Origin: Octopus bimaculoides
Taxonomy: Eukaryota
Direction of reading: 5' to 3'
NCBI RefSeq assembly: GCF_001194135.2
Contig: NC_068986.1
Coordinates: 42,710,068-42,774,067, forward strand
DNA length: 64,000 bases
The notes beneath the pieces are model-generated. The model was not told the DNA's origin and did no database searches. It saw nothing but the letters and a program-made list of their open reading frames with translations. A program made the position numbers and the translations under genes. Shown here one piece after another: positions 1 to 13,294 of this stretch (within the stretch, counting starts at the first letter, position 1; every line of letters starts with the position of its first letter).

Positions 1-300
1 AATGAAGAATTATGTCATCAGCATAAGAGTAGGTGTTGTTGAATGTGGCCCCAAGTTGTAAGGTCATTGATGTATAGAAGGAAGAAAAAAGGAGGCAAAA
101 TCAAACCCTGTGAGGCACCAGAGTTGGTTGAGAGTAGGGCAGAAAGAGTTCTGTCAGCACATGCTACAAATGATGTGATACAATAGGAAGAGCTATATTA
201 GTCCTAGGGATGAAAGATGGGTGGAACCCGTAAAGAGGAAGTTTTGACAGGAGATTTGCATGCCAGACATGGTTAACTGTTTTGATACCAACCTGCCTGG
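1..300 (-). mobile_element. Decayed CR1/L2/Jockey-type LINE reverse transcriptase fragment
   Basis: Minus strand reads GASQGLILPPFFFLLYINDL and, after a frameshift, TYSYADDI: the GVPQG..L.P.LF..YINDL and YADD motifs. Confidence 0.75.
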
Positions 301-3300
301 TTCTATAATATAAACTTCTTGTTTTAAAGTGAACTAAATTAAAAACATACATCAAAACAATATTAATTTATATACCAAAAATTAGCTTAATAGTAACACA
401 CAATTATTTTATTAAATTCTCTGTTATTTTCAAAATTAATTGAGGACAAAAGCAGTGTGAAGCAACAGCACTGGTCTCACCAAACTTCTCTTAAGTGCAA
501 GCCCGTTAATGTGTCACATAATGGAGCAGGTCTTTGAAGAAACCTCACTGGTAGTCCCTGAGATATGACAGAATTTGAAAGTATTTGAGTTGGTTATTGT
601 TATCGATCATTTCCATTACCTTGTTATGTAGCAACCTGAAATGTTCTGTTTTTCTTGTTATAAGAACCATCTGTTTCCAGTGTTAACTTTCTAATTTTTA
701 TTTTTGTTAAAGATGTGATAGAACTTCCTTACATTATGTTGTCTGTAGATATAATTCAGCTGTGTTTCAAATCTCTCAAAAACTTTAAATCAATATTTTA
801 GGTTTTTTTTTTTCTTTGGCTTATTGGAAAACATAATTGATTATTTAAAAACATTTAAATATGCAATTGTTAAAACTTAAAACTTGAGGTAACTTTATGT
901 CCAAATTGTCATAAAATTAATAATTCTAACTATTTAATGTGAAAAGTTTATTTGATATGATAACAGGTGTGATTGAAATAAATATTACTTGAGTTGGTCA
1001 ACAATAATAGGAACTCACTCAATTTTCTGTCACTGAAGTATCAGTGGTAAAAGTTCTCAATGAGTCCGTACCATTGGAAGTTGAGACAAATGTATCAGAT
1101 GCAGTTTTTGTAGTCATTCTCATTTAAAACAATTGCCTGGTTTCTTTAGATGAAAATTGCAGGGTCCAAAAAAACACCATGCTTTGACTGAAAAAGAAAC
1201 TCAGTCTATTAGTGAAGCCACTTGTCACTGGCACTACTACCTGATAGGCATTTCACTATAGAGACTGACCAGTATTCGGTAAGTTTCATGCTTCATAAAT
1301 ATTGTAGGAATAAAATAAATAATGACAAGTATTACATTGGGGAACAGAGATATCACGTAACCACTTTAGTATCAGCCTGCTGAGCATAATGTTGTTCCCT
1401 ATGTATTTTTCAAATCATTTTGCAGAGTGACGTTTTATGATCACTGATCTCTAGTCAAAATTCATAATCTATTGTGCCACTCAGGGATTATTCTTTTGCA
1501 TTACTGTAAGATGTTAAATATGAATTTCTCATTAGCAAAGGAATTTGGTGTGGTGGACCCCTGAGCTATAATCCTCAAAGCTATGATGGCAAGTTGGAGA
1601 ATTTGGTGAAGGAATTTGAAAAATAGTCATAGCTTTAAAGTCATATGAATTGCTTGCTAGTTACCAATAAACTATTGCTTACTGCTCACAGCTAGTATTA
1701 TGCATCCTCATATTATTCTCAATGCCTCGTTGCTCTTCCACAGAGACCTCAGTGCCTTTGTGGTTGTGTAGTCCTGGATCAGTTCTGTTGAGACAACACA
1801 TTTACATAAACAAAACAGCTCATTGGTTGATGAACAAGAGCTCTTACACATAAACCTTTGCTACACTCATGTTTTCTATACCTGGTGGTAAATAGAGTAG
1901 AGCCTGTTTTGGCATTAATACCAATATAAATTACTTCCAAGAATGAGATTCAAACACTGTTTGAAAATAGTTATGGAGACAGGTTGATCAGAGAAGCAAC
2001 TATATCTGTAGCTAAAAAGATGAAGTGGTCCCTGATCAATCATTGATGAGCCTTTGACGATTGCTCTGAGGAAGATAGTGCTGTTCTTGCATCCTGCCAA
2101 TCATTTGGATTTGTGGATTGAAAATATTATGAAAGATGAAGAATCTCAGTAAAACCATTGAGAGTTATTACAAAAATGATTTCAACCAAATTACTAAATT
2201 ATTCTATTGTAAAAATAAATCAGATTTTTACTGTGACACATTTTCTGTTGACTTGCATGACATGCAATTTTTTAATAGAGGAGTCATTTATAAATAGTAA
2301 CAAACTATGCTGAGTTTTTTTGTATGAATGTAGCCATCTGTGTGCTGTTTGCATTATCAGATGTTCATTATTGTTACTCACAGTTGTATGTTGAATAAAG
2401 CCTTCAATTAAGGTATCTTTTAATTGCTCGAGATTTGCCTAGAAGTTTCAAAAAAGTAATTGATGAAAAAAATATGAATTAATAAAGCTATAGTAAAAAT
2501 CATCAAGAGAAGACTAAAGAAGACAAGTGTCTAAGATTCTATTACCTGTGAGCAATATCTAAAATGTACTTGTTGACATGTGAGAGGAACACCATTATTC
2601 TCAAACCCTAACAGTTAAAAGTCTGTTAAAAGCAGAGGTTATTTCCTTTAGACATCAAAGAGATTTTAAAAGGCATGAACCTATATTCAGGTACAGCTGT
2701 ATGTATGCAAGTGTGCATAGAGACACCTATCTGTATGCACTGTAAACAGAGTGGCTGAAGTCAATACACCTATTCAAATGGGTGTAGTGCTAGAAATGAT
2801 TCTAACAGCATGAGAAATGTGTTAGTTTGGCTGCAAGAAGAAATAGAAAGTCAGTAAAATAAAAAAATAAAAAATAATTTTACTTAATTCTTTGTTATAT
2901 ATATAAACACACATACACACATGCATAATTATGATATATTTGTTTACATGCGTTTGTTTGAACTTGGTCAGAACCATTTCTTCTTTTTATTTTTTGTTCA
3001 TACATTCATCATAGTATTATGCTTTCCCAACCTCTTGGTCTTGGGTTCAGTTCCACTGCATGGTACCTTAGGTGTCTTCTACTATAATCCTGGGCCAACC
3101 AAAACCTTGTGAGTAGATTTGGTAGATGGAAACTGAAAGAAGCCTGTGACATGAATGTGTGTGTGTGTGACATTATGTGATAGTTGTAATTGAGTATCAA
3201 GCAGGATCATTCATTCCAGTATGCAGTGAAAATATAGCTAGTCATGGGGGAAAATTACGTTGTTTAGATGAGGCTTAGTGACAAGAAGAGCATCAGGCCA

Positions 3301-3699
3301 TAGAAATCTGCTTCATTAAACTTTGTTCAACCCATGCAAGCATGGAAAGGAGGACATTAAAACAAAGTTGATGGTGAGTTAATGTATACATACAGCATGC
3401 CACAGAAGAGCAATAAATGGGTTTTTTTTTAAAATTCTAATTTAGAGTATATAATTCAATTACTCACTTAGCTATAACATGTGCATTCTTTTGCATGCCA
3501 ACACACTAGGCCTTCACAAATAATAAGTATTGGATATCCAGCTCATATTCATGCACTCCCTCTTCTATTGCAACAACAATTACAGTATAAAATATCAAAT
3601 TATTTACGATTGTGTACCTGAAATAACATTTTCAACCTGAGTAACCCCTAAAAACAACGCCAAATCATACATTCAAAATAAATGGAAGTGGAGAGACAA

Positions 3700-3740
3700 G
3701 TTACTGAAGAGATTGCAAGAGTGCAATGAAATGATTTAAC
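3700..3740 (+). ncRNA. Minimal type-I hammerhead ribozyme-like motif
   Basis: gtta-CTGAAGA-g-attgca(agag)tgcaat-GAAA-TGATT|taac. Both core boxes intact, 6-bp helix II, 4-bp helix I. Confidence 0.5.
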
Positions 3741-5867
3741 AAAAAACTATATACTGTTTATAAATTACTAAAGGACTGAATCAGTGCATGTGTTTATTAC
3801 CGGCATAATGCCTCTCCCAAGGTTTAATTGTATTTCTTTCAACACACATATCCACATCAAGAATCTTGCACACGAAATACACATACAAAACCCCCGGTAT
3901 GTTATCCAACAATAAGCTTGGCACATGTGGAAAAACATCTATCCACAAACATAAAAGATGCACTAATACATATTCCATAGTATGTTACCTTTTGTACTGA
4001 TACATATGCTATCTTTTATACTGATTGGAAATTTTTAAAAATCGTGGTGGATTTGCCGTCTGTTGTTACAAACAAACGTGGATTGTGACACATTTATAGT
4101 ATATATCATGCAACTCAATGTAGTGATATATATACAACATATCACCCACCAGATTCCTAAATCATGGTGGAAACTTTGAAATCATGAATAGATTGGATCA
4201 ACCTGACCTCATCATTAGCCTGCTCGTGGAACAAAATTCTTCTAACAAATGATAAGCACTAAATTTTTAATTTAAAAATAATATACAACTTGTTGTCAAT
4301 GTGAAACTGAGTTTAACAACCTTTTCTTTTAATAACATTGTTGAAATAACAATTACAGACAAAAACTTCATAAAAAGTACTTAAGTTCTAATCAGTGTGA
4401 ATTTCTAGAATTCAATTTGGAAATATATGTACAAACTCAACTGGTGCTAGATTCTCATTATGCAAGACAATGAATGTGAAGCTGAAGCAATTTATATCAA
4501 CAATGAAAACTATATGCATTAATATGCTTCAGAAAATTAAAGTTCACTGAAATATCATCTCCAGAGATGGGGAAAAAAATCTCATGAAATGAACAACAAA
4601 AGTACCAAATTTGTTAAATAGACAAAAAAAAAAAGAATTTCAATGTTTCTCAAAATAAGATATGAGGCTCCCAAGAAAATGACGAAGCAGTAAAAATATG
4701 AAAATAACTCTAAAGTTGACATCATATCTCTAAATGAGCTTCAGTGTACTCATAAATAGGGCCCATTATTTGAAGGAAATGGCACACTTACTGCAGACCC
4801 TACTACTGTGAATATGCCGTTTCCTTTAAATTGTGATGAATTGACAAAGATATCAGAGTATTCTATAAAATACTTTCTGCTGTTTGTTCCAGCTCTCTGC
4901 ATGCTGAGTTTAAATCTTGTCGAGGGATAAAGTTTGCCTTTGATCTTTTTAAGGTCAATAAATAAAATATCAGTCAAATATTGAAGTTGATTCTTTTCTG
5001 TCTCACCTCTCTCAAATCAAATATGTTGCACTATGAGAAGTGTTGTAACATACCTCTCACAGTGTCTCTTGCTCTAGAAATGTTGAGTAACTTCTTGTTG
5101 AAAAACTAATACACTACTGGAATTACACAAGGGTGAACGAATGTGCAATAAAGAGATTGGTGCACATGTACATAGCTATGCTTGGTGCATTGTTCAAAAC
5201 ATTACTTAGGAAACTTTACTTAGGAAAGTGACAGAATGAATGAATATTCTCATCCTCATGAATAACAGGCAGGGGCCTCAGAGACAACCACCATTCTTTG
5301 CCACACACTGCAGCCATTTATTGCATCTTCATGCTCTCTTCAGGATGAATAGGATCAGTTCTCAATGTTCTCTTCCAACCTAGATAATTGTCTGTGTTTG
5401 CCTCTTTACAGGTACTCACAATTATTTCAAGTTTATGTTCAAAATTGTCCTAGTCTGGTTGGCTTCTAAGGTTACAAATCTCAGACTCCCTCCCAGCTAT
5501 ACTGCCAGTATAGCTGTGGCTATAGTTGTGCCCTCTAAAGTTGAGTGCTCAACCTGGAATTTATGAGCCCCCACATTAATGCTAAATAATTGTCACTAGG
5601 TTAGGTTCAGTTATTCTTTTGACAGATATTGTTTTTGTACTGCTGGGTTTCTAGTAACCCTCCTCCTCCGGTGAGCTGGGCAGGGAAACTGGTTTAGTCA
5701 CCAATGATCTGACCATGCTACAGGCTGCACCAAGCTACTTGTTACCTGGTAGCACTTGTGAGTGACCAGACATAAAACCATCAGTTACATCTATTTAACA
5801 GATATGTTTCTGCTTTAGGTAAAATAAGCCTGAAATTAGCAGCAGTCTACTTGGTAGTTTCTCAACA

Positions 5868-6146
5868 TCATCATCATCATCGTTTAACGTCTGCTTTCCA
5901 TGCTAGCATGGGTTGGACGATTTGACTGAGGACTGGTAAACCAGGAGGCGACACCAGGCTCCAATCTGATTTGGCAGCGTTTCTACAGCTGGATGCCCTT
6001 CCTAATGCCAACCACTCCAAGAGTGAAGTGGGTGTTTTACGTGCCACCAGCACGAGGGCGAATCAGGCAGTACTGGTGACGGCCACGCTCGAAATGGTGT
6101 ATTTTACATGCCACCTGCACAGAAGCCAGTCCATCGGCACTGGCAA
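5868..6146 (-). mobile_element. SINE with (GAT)n tail (family C here), RTE-type tail
   Basis: catcatcat-cgtttaacgt...ggatgcccttcctaatgccaac. The same sequence recurs at about 6589-6735, 10365-10575, 10670-11068, 22620-22830, 34695-34840 and 47420-47628. Confidence 0.85.
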
Positions 6147-6588
6147 ATTTCTCTTTAAATCAGTTAACAAAGCATTAACCAGCTACCTGCTAAAACTTTA
6201 CCACATCTTTCTTAAAAGCAGCAAGCCTATCAAGAAGTTGAAAAAAAGCATAATATTCTCCATTCACAAGGAAGCAAACAGCACAGATATCTAAAATGTC
6301 ATGTTTATCTTGACTACAAGGTCAGAGACGAAATTATCAGTGATAATCTGATTATGTTCTTTCTATCTAAGTAGAAGCTGCATTGTATAGTTTTTGCTGG
6401 ATCATAACTGGGTGTTAAACAATCTGCTTTATCAGATAAATGTAGGGAAGGCTTTTGGCAATGTTGATCAGGAAAGAATATAAATCATGAACAATACTGT
6501 TGCTTATGGATTTGTTAGCTTTATCACTGATGACCACAGGAAATTGTTTCCTACAATATTCATGAAAGATATCTCTTTCACTGGAGTT
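6147..6588 (+). mobile_element. Decayed L1/Tx1-like RT fragment between two SINEs
   Basis: Ordered remnant motifs across frameshifts and stops: SIIFSIHK..STDI*N, LDYKV, IISDNLI, GKAFGNVD, YGFVSFI. Confidence 0.55.
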
Positions 6589-8702
6589 TATCATCATCAT
6601 CATTTAATATCCATTTTCCATGCTGGCATGGGTTAGATGATTTGACAAGAGCTGACAAGCTGGAGAGCTGCACCAAGCTCCGATTGTCTGTTTTGATGTG
6701 ATTTCTATAGCTGGATGCCCTTCCTAGGCCAGTCACTTTACTTTGTGGCTTATAACTGATAAAGACAGGACTACCAATTCTACAGGAAAAAACAGATAGT
6801 GATACCAAAAAGAAGCACTATTGACTCCTAAGGTACTGCTGCCTGACAAACTGAAAAAGAATCTGGTAAAAAAAAGAAACCATTACACAAGAACAATGCA
6901 GAGTTTCCTTTAACATTCCTTAACCAAGCATGTGTGCATATGCTATTAGTATAATTGTTTAGTGTACAAGCTTGCATATTTATGTATGTCATTGTTTGAA
7001 CATATAGACAAATAATCTGTCTTTTCATGCAAGACAATTACTGGTTTACCGTTAAGAATGTAAGAAAATGGATTCATGATTTTTTTTTTTTTTTTCATCT
7101 TTTAAATTGAAACACAACTATAGATCTTCAAATTTTCTTTCTAATGTTTTGTGATGCATTTGGCTAACCTTCCTTTGGTTCATTATAGCAAAACCTGCTG
7201 CCACTCCATTTGAAGTGAAGGAAATACAAGTGCCTTAGATATAATCTCTTTGTACAGGGTTCTCTGATGTTCTTGGGTGGAGAAAGAAAATAAACAAACA
7301 GAATTAATGATAATGTTCAATGAGATATAAGCTCATTTGAAGTTCAGTTCTTGGTTCTATTTCTCAGTCAACAAATGAAACATTTCATCTCACTTTAAGT
7401 GATTATACAATATAATACATGTATATTATGTATATAATGGTAAAAAGTAAACATACGCTGACATGTCTTGATATTGGCAGAGGTTTAACTGTGTGGTAAC
7501 TAAGTTTGCTTTGCAACCACCTGGTTATAGCCGCAGTGACAGGTATGTGGTTATTAAGTTCACTTCATAGCTACATGGTTTCAGGTTCAGTTTCAGTGCA
7601 TCACATCTTAGGCAAGTGTTTTGTACTAAAACCTAAGGCCAATCATTGGAATTCATTCACATAAACTGTACCAAAGCCCATAGTGTGTGTGTGTGTGTGT
7701 GTGTATGATCATCAACATCATCATTGTTTTAACATCTATTTTTCCATGCTAGCATAGGTCAAACAGATTTGAGGCAGATTTTCTATGGTCAGATCTCCTT
7801 CCTGTCATCATGATACCTCACCTGTTTCCAAGTAAGGTAATATTTCCTCATCATCAGATATGTTTTCACAAAATATGTGAAATGAATGCTACTGGCTGTA
7901 TGACAGTTACAAACAATTTATAGCTATAGTAAATACATGTGCTCAAGGGGCCACACAGTAGGACTGAACCTACACAGCTCTGTGTGTGTGTTTTCATTCT
8001 CCAGTAAAAAAAATATTCAGCTGACATGTGAGGGCCATTGGAATGAAAATAACCTTACTTGGAAAACAAGTGGTGGTTGGTAATAGGAGGATCGTCTGGC
8101 CACAGAAAATTTGCCTCAATGAGTTTCAAGGAACCCAGACCAACATGGAAACGTGAACATGAAAATGATTATGATGGTATGATTATGATGTGTAGATGGA
8201 GACTGAAAGGAGCCATCGTGTATGTGTGTGTGTGTGAGTCCTTATACTGATAGTATTCTCAAATTGAAACAACATTCTTGTCATATTAGAGGTGGGTGAC
8301 ATTGTTTGCAATTTTCAGTGAAAATATATTTAGAAAAGAGTTCTCTTGAAAACATTATCTGACCCATGCAAGCATGGCAAAGTAGACATTAGCATGACAA
8401 CACACAATGATGATGACAATGATAGCATTGACAACGATGATGATGATGGTGGTGACATTTATGCAAAGCTGAGTTTGTATGAATCACTATTGCAAATTTC
8501 TCATTTCTTTTGGAGACTAACTCTGTTATCTTTTTGAGGCTTTTGTGGCAGGATAGATAGCTTGAATGACTCTGTTCAAAAGATACTGATCTGGTTATAT
8601 TGGCAAGAAAAAATATCTTGGCTACACACATTGTTAAAAGTTTTTATGTGCTACAAGTAGAAAAAGCAGTGAGAACTTTACTGAAAATATTTAGATTTTT
8701 TC

Positions 8703-9054
8703 TTACCTTTGCTTTAGTGAAGGCGGAGGTATTGTTTTCAGTCATGTTTGTTTGTTTGTCTGTGGACAAGATATCTCTAGAACCACAGGATGGATTCAGA
8801 TGAAACTTTCAGGGATGTTTGGGCTCATGACTGGCACAAACTGATTAGATTTTGGGATCAATCCGGTATCGGACTAGGATTTTAGATTATTTTTCCCTGT
8901 TTTTTTACTTAATTTTTGAGAGTGGTCAGGTTCATTTGTGAAAGCAGTCGAGTTTATTCCAGATATTTTCATTTTAAAAATCATCTCTGGCTAATCGTTG
9001 CAAGGACATTGGTGTTACCTTGACAGAGGTTTGCACTCTCTGAGTGCTCTTGCC
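8703..9054 (+). mobile_element. Helentron-associated non-autonomous element (HINE/DINE-1-like)
   Basis: 5' short inverted repeat (acctttgc...ggcggaggt) followed by a (gttt)n/gtct tract. 3' subterminal ccttgacagaggt followed by the hairpin gcactc-tct-gagtgc (9033-9047). T-rich flanks. Confidence 0.7.
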
Positions 9055-9146
9055 TTATTTTTTTTGTTTTTGCCTGAAAATTGCACAGGTGTACACAGCA
9101 TGCAACATGGATAATTATAAGGATAATTATACTATCAGAGTTTTTA

Positions 9147-9366
9147 CTCTTTAGCATTCGGATTGCTCTATCAAATGTAATGCTTATTTATTTATACTGT
9201 TTTGAATTAATCATGCATTATCTCAAAGCATCAAGCCTTCAATGATATGATTACTTAGTTTTAGTAAAACAATATGGGATAGGTGTGAGAGGCCTCATCT
9301 GGCCAATTTTAACATAAGACTCTTAAAATATATAGGCTGAATTGGGCCGGTTTGAATGCTAAAGGG
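9147..9366 (-). mobile_element. piggyBac-like MITE, family 1 (degenerate)
   Basis: Termini ctctttagcattc / gaatgctaaaggg. The interior matches the 31846 and 33674 copies in reverse orientation. Confidence 0.7.
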
Positions 9367-9748
9367 TTTAACTTATAGTAGTTCACATTTAAATCTTGTG
9401 TATATTAAATATTTATTTCATGCTAGAGGAGTACTTTTATTGTTGATCTCTCCAATAATTGAACAGTACACTGTATATACTTTAACCCCTAATATCAGAT
9501 TTACAAGGAGTGTGTTCATGAACAGTTAAGAGGCAGTACATAATGACTGATGAAAATTCCAGCAAGAATTGAAACATAAATATGCAACTGTTCCTTCTTT
9601 TCCTGTCCATGAACCTATAGTATAAACGTTTTGTTGATATTCCTCATTGTTTACATCCCTCAAGACATTGATGGATAATAAACCTATCAATACATTCTAC
9701 AATACATTATACCAATGAGACAAAACATAGTTAACACACCAGTAATAT

Positions 9749-9795
<47 letters not shown>

Positions 9796-10618
9796 GAGTT
9801 TGTATACATATATATACTTACTTGTACACAGCTTTCATCACACAGGTATACATACACACAGCTCAGGCATATATAAACACATGCATCCTATACATATAAA
9901 CATTCATGTTTCACATGTTAATACTTATTCACACAGCACACATAGGTCGAATTGTCATAATAACATCTATCATTAGTTTTAAGATAGGTGGCAGTATTGC
10001 TGATAGAGGTGATATATTGTCTTCAGAAATGTTCTTAATTTACTTATCTGTAGTTAAGTGTTATATCTATTGAATTTTATGTATGTATTTTGTATATAAA
10101 TATATACCAAAATTAGATGGAATGTTCTTTTATATCTAGCTAAGTATTAAAATACAAAGTCTCTGAATATAAACAAATTTTGGAAAACTAATCAGGATAC
10201 ATCTGTTTACTAATTCTTCAAGCAAGTTTAATTATTTTTCATGAGAATTTTAAATGCTAGTAATTTCTATGGCGGTGTAAATTCTATTCATTATATACAA
10301 AGATATACAAAATTGTTTGGATAATTTGTGCTACACTAAATATATAAATATGCGATGACAGTTATCATCATCATCATCATCCTAATTGTTTTAACATTTG
10401 CTTTTTCATGTTTGCATGGTTCAAACAGAATTCACTGAGGCAGATTTTCTATGGCTGAATGCCCTTCCCTTGCCTCATTTCAAACAAGGTAATTTTCTCC
10501 CATGGCTGGACATGTTTTCGCAGAAGGTTGGAAATGAACAGCATTTCTTGTATGTTGATGATGCTTGTTTACAACATTTATACAGTGTCAAAACATAGAG
10601 GCACGAACACACACATAA

Positions 10619-10655
<37 letters not shown>

Positions 10656-10669
10656 GCTGTGCGTGAGAA

Positions 10670-11068
10670 GACCCGGCAAGCCAAGTAAGATCGTTGCCAG
10701 TGCCCCTGGACTGGCTCTTGTGCGGGTGGCACATGAGATGCACCATTTTGAGCGTGGCCATTGCCAGTACCGCCTGACTGGCTCCCGTAGGATTTTCGAG
10801 TGAGATCGTTGCCAGTGCCCCTGGACTGGCTTGTACGGGTGGCACATAAAAGACACCATTTCGAGCGTGGCCGTTTTCGTGCGGGTGACACATAAAAGCA
10901 CCCACTACACTCTCTGAGTGGTTGGCGTTAGGAAGGGCATCCAGCTGTAGAAACTCTGCCAAATTAGATTGGAGCCTGGTGTTGCCATCCGGTTTCACCA
11001 GTCCTCAGTCAGATCGTCCAACCCATGCTAGCATGGAAAGCGGATGTTAAACGATGATGATGATGATA
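10670..11068 (+). mobile_element. Young family C SINE with internal tandem duplication
   Basis: CpG-rich. The unit gatcgttgccagtgcccctggactggct is repeated at about 10689 and 10804; the element ends gttaaacgatgatgatgat. Confidence 0.88.
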
Positions 11069-11574
11069 GATTATGGGCTTCTGCCACTCTCCACCTACCA
11101 AATACACTTACAAAGCCCTAGTCAGCCCAGGGTTGCAAGTACAAGATGCCCACTCAAGGCAAGGCACCCTGTAATGAGACTGACCTTTAAATCAAATGGA
11201 TTTTTCTGGGGTTTTAGATTGAAGGAGTAATGCTCAGTTTTTATAGTTAATACCCTCAGTTAGTAAAGGTGAATGAATGACTGTTTGAGACCCCTAGATT
11301 ATTAATAGACTAGACTTACAGTACGATATTTTGTAAGGGCATACTGGGAACACTTTTCTTGTTGCACCAACATCTAAAGTACTCGGTAATCTAAGGATGT
11401 AGACCAAAGAGGAGTATAGGAGAGCAGTCAGTGGCAACAGTAAGTCAAGAGCTAATATTGAATGCACAGGAAGCAGTCAAAGTTCACTCAATCAGATTAA
11501 CCGTTAGCATTGTGGTGACTGTCGACTACATTATTCTCATTGTTTTGAAATAATAGTGCCTTTATCTTATAGAG

Positions 11575-11914
11575 GTAAGATTTTGGTGATGTGATTGTTT
11601 GTTTGTAAAATGATGTTGTTGGGTAGGTGTGAGAATTTGAACATAAAACAAGGTAGAATATTTGGGCCAAAAATGGCTGGTTTAACCTGTTAGCTTTTAA
11701 ACTTGCCGTATCAAGCCAAAATTTTCTACCAGTTTTAATCAGCCAGATCTGGCTTTTCACACCTACCCTACAATGTAATTTTTTAAATAAACAATCATAT
11801 CATTGAAATCTCATAACTATGAGATAATGCGCAATCCAAAACAATGCGAATGAATAAGAATTACATTTGACAAAGTAATGTGAATGCTAAACGGTTATCT
11901 GCTAAAGTGTCTAA
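11575..11914. mobile_element. Nested piggyBac-like MITEs of family 1
   Basis: A + copy (11686-11894) sits at a TTAA inside a - copy. The host's remaining end is at 11895-11914. Confidence 0.6.
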
Positions 11915-13211
11915 GTAGGTGTGATTTGTCAAGATTTGTGATAGGGAATTGCCATTGATAGAACTCAAGCTTGGTGATGCTGGTTCTTTAAAACATTGAA
12001 GGTTAATGGTCAGATATATTTATTTACTATTCTCATCCACCAGCAATAGACTTTGCAGATCCACTTTTCAGAAAGTAATAGGTTTTGTAGATCCACTTGT
12101 TGAGTCTAGAGAAAAGTGCTGTCTCCATGGCTTTTGCAGGTCCACCAAGACAAGTGAGCTTAATACTGTCATTGTTTCATTTAAATAGTTGCAGGTCTAC
12201 TCTTGCAGGAAAGACATGCTAAATGTTTGGCAGAGAGATGATGTTCTAGGAAGGAAAGGCAAAAATAAAAATAAGGCAAACACGGTGCTCTCTAGGGCAC
12301 AGTGTTTTTCTCCTTTTCTTTCTTTCTTTTCTTTATATGACATCATTGGTTATAAACAATGGAAAGGGGATAGTTTTTGACACTACAAAGAAGAAATTTA
12401 AAACATGTTTTGTTATATTGTGAGCCATTTCATGGAAAGCTTTGTTGTAATGAAATCACTACTTTGATCAGTAAGAAAAATTATACCAAATAGTTTTAAT
12501 CACAGAGTTGGGAAGAAAATGGAGATCAAATCTTTGAACAAACTGTTACAAAATTTGATGGAAAATAACACCTAATGCTGCAAATAAATATCATTCCTGA
12601 CAACAACAGTTTGCAAATAAATTATACGGACACATTTAACTCTTACAATCTAAAGAAATGCAAAACCTGTACACATCCTTATTTTTCTTTGAAATGATTT
12701 AGATTGACCAAGACTAACTTTGATGTATTCTTACTATATTATAAACAATTTTGATATTTGTATTTTGAATCGGCATAAACAGGTGAGATGGATTTGTCTT
12801 GTTATATTAGCTGCACAGAATTTATTTCAGTATTAAGTCAAGTATGTTGATATAACTTTGCGAAAGATACATTCAGACTTAAATGATTTATAGACATCCT
12901 ACGCTCAGTGACATTAGATCAGTGAAAAACGATGCAATAATTCTAAAACTTTGAATTTCTAACACAGTATTTACAAAATACACCTAATTACTGAGGTAGA
13001 TTCATATATTTTTAATTTGAGAGAATAAATTTCTGTAAACACTTAATGTACCATACATTCTGAAAATTTTTAAGAGTACTGTAGTAGTTATCTACCTATA
13101 CAACATCAATGGAAAATTTATTCTTTGCTCAGAATGTATTTTGTATTTGTACATTTTGAAGATTTTTTTTCTTTCTCAACTTTTAATTTTTCTCTCTCAC
13201 TTTTTAAACAG

Positions 13212-13294
13212 GTGGTTTGGTAAATAAATTATTAGAAACAAAAAAAGAACTAGAAGGCACTATTGCTTCAGAGGAAAAGTCAAAAGTTAAAATT
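13212..13294 (+). CDS. TRAF3IP1: TRAF3IP1/IFT54 internal exon, (G)GLVNKLLETKKELEGTIASEEKSKVKI
   Basis: Pyrimidine-rich acceptor ...tttttaaacAG|gt and donor att|GTAAGT; phase 1 to 0. The peptide resembles the GGLVKKILETKK motif I recall from vertebrate TRAF3IP1. Not in the ORF track because it is too short. Confidence 0.88.

Noticed and set aside
1141-1284. Good acceptor and GTAAGT donor as a possible upstream TRAF3IP1 exon
   Set aside because: All three frames contain stops and there is no IFT54 similarity. No upstream exon ending in phase 1 was found in 1-13211.
1400-2200. Possible L1/Tx1 RT remnant (ISKGIWCGGPLS)
   Set aside because: One weak motif only.
3760-4260. Possible Penelope RT remnant next to the 3700 hammerhead (EIHIQNP, NVVIYT, QILLTN)
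   Set aside because: Matches are short and need several frameshifts; a profile search is needed.
5040-5800. Possible RTE 5' region on the minus strand
   Set aside because: Looks LINE-like, but I could not read a convincing endonuclease motif.
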